DNA from: Ascoidea asiatica JCM 7603
Lineage: Eukaryota > Fungi > Ascomycota
Reading direction: 5' to 3'
DNA: 64,000 bases
Assembly: GCA_001600695.1 (NCBI GenBank)
Contig: BCKQ01000024.1
Location: forward strand, 55,793 to 119,792
In this document: one piece after another, positions 57,058 through 64,000 of the stretch
How positions within the stretch are numbered: the first letter of the stretch is position 1
How the letters are laid out: the number at the start of each line of letters is the position of its first letter
Program-made: the position numbers and the translations under genes
The notes under the pieces: model-generated
The model's input: the letters and a program-made list of their open reading frames with translations, nothing else
The model's database searches: none
Told to the model about the DNA's origin: nothing

Positions 57058-58674
57058 TTATGAAAGTTTTAAGGATTCTAATCGAGTATCAACCAGTGTT
57101 GGTCTATCTAATAATTTTGCATGTATGCATTGAAGAGCTCTTAAACTATCTTTTTCATTAATTACACAACTTATATTTATTTCATTTGAACCTTGACTGA
57201 TCATTTCAATATTAATTTTTTCTTGAGCTAAAGTTGAAAACATTTGACTTGCAATACCAACAAGTTGTTTCATTTGTTTACCAACTAAAGATATAATTGC
57301 CATATTTCTTGCAAGATCAACAGTACCAAATTTTGTTAATTCTTTTATAGCATATTTTAATTCTAATTCATTATCATTAGTATGATGTAAAGCCATTGAA
57401 ACATAAACTTCAGAAGTTGAAATTAAATCAACAACTAATTTATAATCATCTAAAATTGTAAAAATTCCTGCTAAAAATCCATGTGATAAAATTTTTTTAT
57501 TTGAATGAACATTTAAAACAACAATTTTATGTTTTATAGTAATAGCAGTCGGACCTTTAGATTTTAATAATAAAGATTTTGGTATTAAATCTGAAGATAT
57601 TGGAGGATGTGGAGGTGTTTCTTCACCTTTTCTTGCAATATTATCTGGATAAATAATTGTACCTTTACCAATTGGATTTATAACATTTTTAATTCTTATC
57701 GGAATTTTTGCTTTAATAACTTGTTCCATTGTAAATGGATGAATAACTTCAGAACCATAATAAGTTAATTCTGCAGCTTCTTCTGGAGTTACAGTATCTA
57801 ATAATCTTGCATTTTTAACTTTTCTTGGATCTGCAGTGAAAATTCCATCAACTTCTTTCCAAATTTGTAATTCATCAGCATTTATTGCAACTGCAGCTAA
57901 AGCTGCACAAAAATCTGTATAACCTCTACCAACACCATTAAGTAAACCACCTGGAATAACACCAAAATAACCAGTTAATACTGGAATTATTCCATTTTTA
58001 CAATTTTTAATTTTTTCACCAAGAATTTTAGAAATTTTATTAAAAAAAACTTGATCTAATTGAAAATCATCTTTAAGATTACTATTACTTGAACTTGGAG
58101 AATTATAATTTAAATTTAAAGCCGAATTATCTATAATATCAGAAAGATCAATATACTCTGCAGGTATATCTTTATCATTTAATAAAGCAGTCATAAATAA
58201 ACAACTTAATTTTTCTCCAACAGCCATTACATTATCTAAAGTTTTTGGAGAAAGTTCATCAATAATTTTTGAAGCATGTAATAATTGTAAAACTAAATCA
58301 CATTCCTCATTTGTTTTTTGAATTAAATCTTTTAAAATATTTGGATAATTTTTAATTTTTTTATTTGCATTATTTATATGATCATCTCTAATTAATGTAA
58401 TAATTTTTTTATAATCTTTATTTTTTATTGAATAGTCCGCGGCTAATAATAATCTTGAAGTTGTACCTTCAGTTTTGATAGTTGAAGATCTTGCAGAACA
58501 AACTATTGCAACATCATTTGTTATTGAATATGCTTTAATAATATTTTCACAAATTTCTTCAGAAAATTTACCAATACTTGTACCACCAAATTTTTGAATA
58601 ATTTTTCCACCTTTTAAATTAACAGAAGATTGAGAATTTAATGAGGAACTACTTGGATATGATCTCAGTACCAT
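57058..58674 (-). CDS. HOM3: Aspartokinase
   Basis: QKFGGTS, VCSARS, GEKLS, GVGRGYTD, WKEVDGIFTADPR, ELTYYGSEVIHP, two ACT domains. Confidence 0.98.
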   Translation of the reverse strand: MVLRSYPSSSSLNSQSSVNLKGGKIIQKFGGTSIGKFSEEICENIIKAYSITNDVAIVCSARSSTIKTEGTTSRLLLAADYSIKNKDYKKIITLIRDDHINNANKKIKNYPNILKDLIQKTNEECDLVLQLLHASKIIDELSPKTLDNVMAVGEKLSCLFMTALLNDKDIPAEYIDLSDIIDNSALNLNYNSPSSSNSNLKDDFQLDQVFFNKISKILGEKIKNCKNGIIPVLTGYFGVIPGGLLNGVGRGYTDFCAALAAVAINADELQIWKEVDGIFTADPRKVKNARLLDTVTPEEAAELTYYGSEVIHPFTMEQVIKAKIPIRIKNVINPIGKGTIIYPDNIARKGEETPPHPPISSDLIPKSLLLKSKGPTAITIKHKIVVLNVHSNKKILSHGFLAGIFTILDDYKLVVDLISTSEVYVSMALHHTNDNELELKYAIKELTKFGTVDLARNMAIISLVGKQMKQLVGIASQMFSTLAQEKINIEMISQGSNEINISCVINEKDSLRALQCIHAKLLDRPTLVDTRLESLKLS

Positions 58675-58983
58675 TTTTTCTTAAATATAAATCTTTGATG
58701 AAATATTGAGTTTCTCAGTTTGCTTTTTTTTTTTTATTATTTTTGATTCTTTTTCACGATTTTATAATATTTCTTCTCTTTTTCTTCTTTATTTCTTTAT
58801 TACTTTATAGGTTTTTTTAATAACTTCGAATGGAAAAAGTTATAAATAAACGAGGATAAAATTTTTAAAAAAATCTTAAGGATCAAATCAAAAGCTGTGA
58901 TAAGAATTAAAATAAAAAAGTGATATTAAAAGTAATTGGTTTGATTTGATCCACTGGAGTCTCAAACGATAAAATGAATTCAT

Positions 58984-58990
58984 TGACTCA
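58984..58990. promoter_or_regulatory. Gcn4 site TGACTCA upstream of HOM3
   Basis: Perfect site 310 bp upstream of an amino-acid biosynthetic gene. Confidence 0.65.
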
Positions 58991-59257
58991 TATGAAATAT
59001 TGCTGAAAGTTCGAGTTTCTGGGACATTATTACGCCAAAAGGGGTGATTGTTCACCAGTCGAAAACCCCGAGGAGGAAAACGGCCTCTCCAGCCGGGGTA
59101 ATTCCCCGAGAAAACTGGAGTGTGTGCAATTAAATGGGAACAGTGCAGAAACAACACTGAGTAAAAGTATCGTGTCACTTCAAGTTTTTTAGGGAAATAA
59201 TTGCAAAAGTTAGCAATCAGAGTAAACTATTTAAAATGTTTAAAATGAGCCACACAC

Positions 59258-59391
59258 TTACGTAATTATTAATAGTTTATTACGTAATTATTTTAAAAAA
59301 TAATGTGATCACGTATTATTAAAACAATAAATATTTTAGTCACGGGTAATTATATAATTATCCAATATTTTAACCATATGAGCTTACGTGA
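59258..59391. promoter_or_regulatory. Cluster of bZIP (Yap/Cin5-type) ACGT-core sites
   Basis: TTACGTAA at 59258 and 59280, TCACGTAT at 59329, TTACGTGA at 59384. Confidence 0.45.
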
Positions 59392-60264
59392 TGTTTCTAT
59401 TATTTTCTCAATTAATTAGGATAATTCGCTAATTAATTATTTATTTCTTTATTTCTTTGAGGTTTTTGGTGGTTTTAGGTGAATTTGAATTTGAATTTGA
59501 ATGAAAATTCTTTTCTATTTAAGTGTTTTCCATTTAAATAATAATAATTAATTATCCAGTATTAGTTTATATTCGAAGTCATCAGTATAACTTATGCTGT
59601 TAATGATATTTAGCTTCGTATTTAGTGGAAGAAATAAAAAGAAGCCGAGATTCTGGGTAATAAAAGTAGTAGAATTTTCACCAATTCAGTGGTTTGATAA
59701 GTGAATAAACAAGACTAAATGTGAAAATTTTAATAAACCGAATATTCTTCTTTTTATCCTTTGTATTCTTTACAATTTATTTTTTTTCTTCTTCTTTTTT
59801 CACTTAATCAAGCTAATTCTCTGATTTAATAATTTCAATCACTCAAACTTGATCAAACATCATCCAACTGCATGAATTTTTCTTTTTTTTCCTTTTTTTT
59901 TTCTTTCAAAACACACCTATCTCGATAAAATATCAAAATTTACCGGTAATCAATTTCCGTTAAACTATTATTATTGTTATTACTACAAACAATAATTGAA
60001 TATGACTGCAATATTATTGATTTTATTCAAATCTTAAAAGAATTTTGAAATACTGATAAGATATTTCTAATTTATATATATATAAATATAATTCAAATTT
60101 ACTGCTTTTTTTTACTTTATCGCATATTTTTTATCAATTTATTATCTAAATTAAATTAAATTATTATTTTAATTTATATTATCTAATATTTATTTAAGAA
60201 TTAATTAATAGTAAATTAATAATTGGTAATAAGAATTAGTTAAAAATAAATAATACCTGTCAAA

Positions 60265-62079
60265 ATGATGATGAAAAAACCAATAACTTTCAAAGAGCAA
60301 ATGAATGGATTTCCATGGGGTCAAATTTTAGTAATTTCTCTTGTTCGTTTTGCAGAACCTATAGCTTTTACTTCTCTTTTTCCATATGTTTATTATATGA
60401 TTAGAGATTTTAAAATTGCAAAAAATAGTTCTGAAATTTCAAGATATTCAGCTTATTTAGCTTCTTGTTTTGCATTTTGTCAAATTCTTTGCGCTGTTCA
60501 TTGGGGTAGAGCTGCTGAAGTTTATGGTAGAAAAAGAATTTTAATTGCAGGTTTAACTGGGTGTGCATTTTCTTTATTAATTTTTGGTTTTTCAACTAAT
60601 TTTTGGATGGCTTTACTTGGTAGAAGTTTAATGGGTTGTTTAAATGGTAATGCTGCAATTGTTAGAACAATGTTAGGTGAAATTGCTCATCAAAAAAGAC
60701 ATCAATCTTTAGCTTTTTTAGTAATGCCTTTAGTTAATACAATTGGTACTGTAATTGGTCCATGGATTGGTGGACGTTTATCTCATCCTAAAAAACATAG
60801 TCCATATGATTCAGATTTTGATTCAGATTTAAATCCTGATCTTAATACTAATATTTATTCTGCAATAAACTCAAATATTGATTCAATTGTTGATTCTTTA
60901 TTCATAAAAAGTTCTTTTTATCAAAAAAATTATTTACCAACTTGTATAACAAATCTTTCTGATAAATATCCTTATGCATTACCAAATATTGTTATTGGAA
61001 TTATTTTAGCTACAAGTGCTCTCATTGCTTTCTTTTTCTTAGAAGAAACTCATTATGAATTAAAATATAGATATGATTGGGGTTTAGCTATGGGTGATAA
61101 ATTTTTATCATTATTTGGGGTTGATATTAAAAGAAAATGGACTTTGGATCAAAATGAAATTAATTCTTTAATTGCCGAAGAAGAACCTTTACTAAATAAT
61201 AATTCATCTGAAGAAACAAATGATTCAAATACTGAAAATATTGAAAATAATAATGATTCTAATTCAATTACTCAAAAATCTGATATGATTACAAGTGTAG
61301 AACATGAAACTTCAAGTGTAAAATCTACTTCGACTCCAACTACAGATAATAAATCAATTCCATGGAAAAAAATACTTAAACCAAAAGTTTTAAATCCAAT
61401 TATATCCTTTTTTATTGTTCAGTCACATTTAGTCATTTTCAATGAATTTTTACCAATTTTTTTAAGTTTTGATGCATCTTATGATGAAAATGGAAAATTA
61501 ATATCAAGATTTCCTTTCAAGTTAGCTGGTGGTCTTGGATTTTCTCCTGAAAAAACAGGTAATTTACTTTCAAGTTCTGGTTTTGCAGGAATTTTTATTA
61601 TGTTATTCATCTTTCCATATATTGATAGAAAAATACGATTGATTTATCATTTTAGATTTTCAACTGCTGTTTTTCCAATAATTTATTTTGTATTACCATA
61701 TATTTTATTATTTTTACCAAAATTAAGAAGTGAACCGCTTGATACAACAAATGCAACAATTGCAATTTATTTATTAGCATTTATAAAAATAATATTAACA
61801 TCAAATTGTGAACCTGCAGTAATGCTTTTAATACATAGAAATGCTCCAAGAAAATTTGTTGCAATGGTTAATGGTTTAGCAATTTCTGGATCTGCTTTGG
61901 CAAGATGTTTAGGACCTTTAGTTTGGGGTAGTTTAATGAGTTTTGGTAATCAAAGAGATATCGGATGGTTAAGTTGGTGGTGTCTTAGTTTTTTCTCAAT
62001 TGTTGGATTGATTCAAAGTTTTTATATTGATGATGATGAAGACGAAGAAGATAAACCAGTTGATGAAGAAAATAATTAA
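60265..62079 (+). CDS. MFS transporter, YCR023C-like
   Basis: FKEQMNGFPW.Q, EPIAFTSLFPYVY.M, WGR.AE.YGRK (motif A), GNAAIVRTMLGE, LARCLGP. Confidence 0.9.
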   Translation: MMMKKPITFKEQMNGFPWGQILVISLVRFAEPIAFTSLFPYVYYMIRDFKIAKNSSEISRYSAYLASCFAFCQILCAVHWGRAAEVYGRKRILIAGLTGCAFSLLIFGFSTNFWMALLGRSLMGCLNGNAAIVRTMLGEIAHQKRHQSLAFLVMPLVNTIGTVIGPWIGGRLSHPKKHSPYDSDFDSDLNPDLNTNIYSAINSNIDSIVDSLFIKSSFYQKNYLPTCITNLSDKYPYALPNIVIGIILATSALIAFFFLEETHYELKYRYDWGLAMGDKFLSLFGVDIKRKWTLDQNEINSLIAEEEPLLNNNSSEETNDSNTENIENNNDSNSITQKSDMITSVEHETSSVKSTSTPTTDNKSIPWKKILKPKVLNPIISFFIVQSHLVIFNEFLPIFLSFDASYDENGKLISRFPFKLAGGLGFSPEKTGNLLSSSGFAGIFIMLFIFPYIDRKIRLIYHFRFSTAVFPIIYFVLPYILLFLPKLRSEPLDTTNATIAIYLLAFIKIILTSNCEPAVMLLIHRNAPRKFVAMVNGLAISGSALARCLGPLVWGSLMSFGNQRDIGWLSWWCLSFFSIVGLIQSFYIDDDEDEEDKPVDEENN

Positions 62080-62221
62080 TAATCTAAAAAAAAAAAAATG
62101 GGTTCAAAAGCTTACCAAAATAAAAGTTATTATTGTACTATATGAAACTAAATAAAATTTAATAAAAAAAAAACAAGAAAATGCATTTTATAATAATAAT
62201 GATTTTCAATTAGTAAATTTC

Positions 62222-63445
62222 TTAAATTGTATCATCAATTGCTTGTTTATTTAACAGTTTATAAGCTAGAGTTTCAAATTCAAAACTTGCAGCTAAACAA
62301 TTATGATCATAAAATGGAAATAATTGAGAAGCAAAAAAACCAGCAACACCTTTTTTAACATCAACCCAATAATAAAGATTTGGTAAGCCAGCCCACATAA
62401 AAGAGCCTTTTGATCTTCCAGTTGGAATTGCACTATTGATTTGCATCCAATGACTTGTCCAAGCAGTTGTACCTAAAGCATTTAAATCAACATAATTTGT
62501 TAATTGAGGTTGAATACTTTGTAATGGAACAATATCTACACCATTTGGTAATAAAGATTTGAAACAATATTTTTCTAAAGTTTCTGGCTTTAAAATTTGA
62601 CATGCAGTTTCAGGAGAAGTACCATTATGTAAAAAAATTGAAAGAAATTTCAAATAATCTTCAACCCTTCCAAATAAACCATGACCACCACAATAAAATT
62701 CAGGACTTATTGGATGCAATTCAGGATAAACAGTAGTTTTATTATTTATAATATCACGTTGATGTATAGAAGCTTGATCGTTTAATTGTTCAGGAGTTCT
62801 ATTAAATGTTAAAGATTTAATATTCAAAGGTTCAAAAATATATTTTTTAAAATAATCTTCTAAAGATAAACCTGAAACATTTTCAATGATTTTACCAATA
62901 ATATCCATATTTGTACCATATTCCCATTTTGTACCAGGTTCGAAATTAATTGGAGTATCAAAATGTTCCCAAGTTGCTTTTAAAATATTTGGAATACCAG
63001 TTTTTTCTTGAAGTCTTCTATAATTATCATTAAAAAAAGCATAACCAAAACCAGCAGTATGAGTTAATAAATGTGCTAAAGTTGGTTTATTTTTTGGAGT
63101 TACTAAAATTGGATCATTATTACTGTCAAAACAATCAATTAATTTTAAATTTTTTAAGCTTGGTAAATAATTTTCAGCAAGATCATCAATAGAATTAATT
63201 TTACCAGATTCAAGTAATTGTAAAAAAGCAGTTGCAGTTATTGCTTTTGTTGTTGAATAAAATGCAACAGTTGTATTTTTTGTCATTCTATCATTTGGAT
63301 TAACTAAAGATTTTACACCTGAAGCGCCTAGATAAGTTAAACCTTTATCTTTATCAATTATACCAGCAATAATTCCTGGGACAGGATTTTTTGGTAAAGA
63401 TGTAAAATGATCAAGAGTTTCAGTAATTGTTTGTCTTGAAACCAT
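62222..63445 (-). CDS. Beta-lactamase class C-fold serine hydrolase (LovD/EstB-like esterase or acyltransferase)
   Basis: SxxK in YSTTK, LLTHTAG, FEPGTKWEYG, GGHGL, GRSKGS..WAGLPNLYYWVD. Confidence 0.9.
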   Translation of the reverse strand: MVSRQTITETLDHFTSLPKNPVPGIIAGIIDKDKGLTYLGASGVKSLVNPNDRMTKNTTVAFYSTTKAITATAFLQLLESGKINSIDDLAENYLPSLKNLKLIDCFDSNNDPILVTPKNKPTLAHLLTHTAGFGYAFFNDNYRRLQEKTGIPNILKATWEHFDTPINFEPGTKWEYGTNMDIIGKIIENVSGLSLEDYFKKYIFEPLNIKSLTFNRTPEQLNDQASIHQRDIINNKTTVYPELHPISPEFYCGGHGLFGRVEDYLKFLSIFLHNGTSPETACQILKPETLEKYCFKSLLPNGVDIVPLQSIQPQLTNYVDLNALGTTAWTSHWMQINSAIPTGRSKGSFMWAGLPNLYYWVDVKKGVAGFFASQLFPFYDHNCLAASFEFETLAYKLLNKQAIDDTI

Positions 63446-64000
63446 TTTAATATATTTTTTTAACTAAAATTTTTATTTTTTATTATTTGAATAAATTAAG
63501 AACTGTAATTGAATAAAGTGAAAAGTAAAGAAGATTAAAATTGAACTAAATTATCAATAGGTAAATGTGAAAATAGATTCAATTTATATAGATTTTATAG
63601 GTAATCTAAGTTATTTAAGATTCAATAAATAATATGAATTAAGTTGGCAATATCATAGTAATAAACGAAAAACAAAGAGATAAAAGTTGAAATTGAATAT
63701 TATATCATATTGTTCAAGTAAAAATATTTGAAATAAAGTATTATGATATAATTTTGAGTTAAATTTCAAAGCAATCATGACTTAAAAGTGGAGTTTTAGA
63801 TCACAAACAAACTAAAATTTAATGTGGATTTTAATGCGCAAAATTTCAAACATATTGGTTCAATGGATATATCTAAGAACAAATCTAATTGGATGGTTAT
63901 AGAATATGTTGGCATTCTTGAGACATAATGGAATAAATTAAGTTGTTTTAGTTTAAAAAATTTCAAAGATAATGAAAAATGAGGTCAATATTATAAATAT

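Noticed and set aside
59005-59020. GTTCGA B-box-like sequence suggesting a tRNA gene
   Set aside because: No cloverleaf or A-box. I found no tRNA or rRNA genes in the window.
3752-59178. Short ORFs inside GC-rich intergenic islands (3752-4276, 12227-12482, 19948-20426, 21317-21699, 34149-34733, 52705-53125, 58888-59178)
   Set aside because: They overlap on both strands, often start at non-ATG codons, have non-host codon usage and show no domains; local GC explains the lack of stops.

Overview
Very AT-rich, gene-dense, apparently intron-free nuclear DNA from a budding yeast (Saccharomycotina). Long AAT/poly-Asn tracts, rare in-frame CTG codons and the gene set suggest an Ascoidea-like lineage (inference). 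Most genes are recognisable core yeast genes: RTS1, VPS4, BIK1/CLIP-170, IRC3, PTA1, BOL1, NAT4, GCD2, MRP13, RRP36, IFH1, SGF73, ECO1, STE13, RKI1, a FUR4/DAL4-type permease and HOM3. Accessory genes are a secreted CBM1 + CE8 pectin methylesterase, a divergent DIP5-like permease, a Myb/SANT-like orphan, a disrupted Zn2Cys6 regulator, an MFS transporter and a beta-lactamase-family esterase. Most notable: (i) a ~205-nt nested-helix element at 202-406 with a telomere/Rap1-like motif directly abutting a long hairpin; (ii) the cellulose-anchored pectin methylesterase; (iii) phased promoter arrays (TEA-type CATTCY x8 at 11 bp, x5 at 9 bp, and an unexplained CC-N8-GG x5 array); (iv) Eco1 with a ~940-aa N-terminal extension; (v) CTG codons at both Leu-type and Ser/Ala-type positions. 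All family assignments come from recalled motifs; no searches were run.
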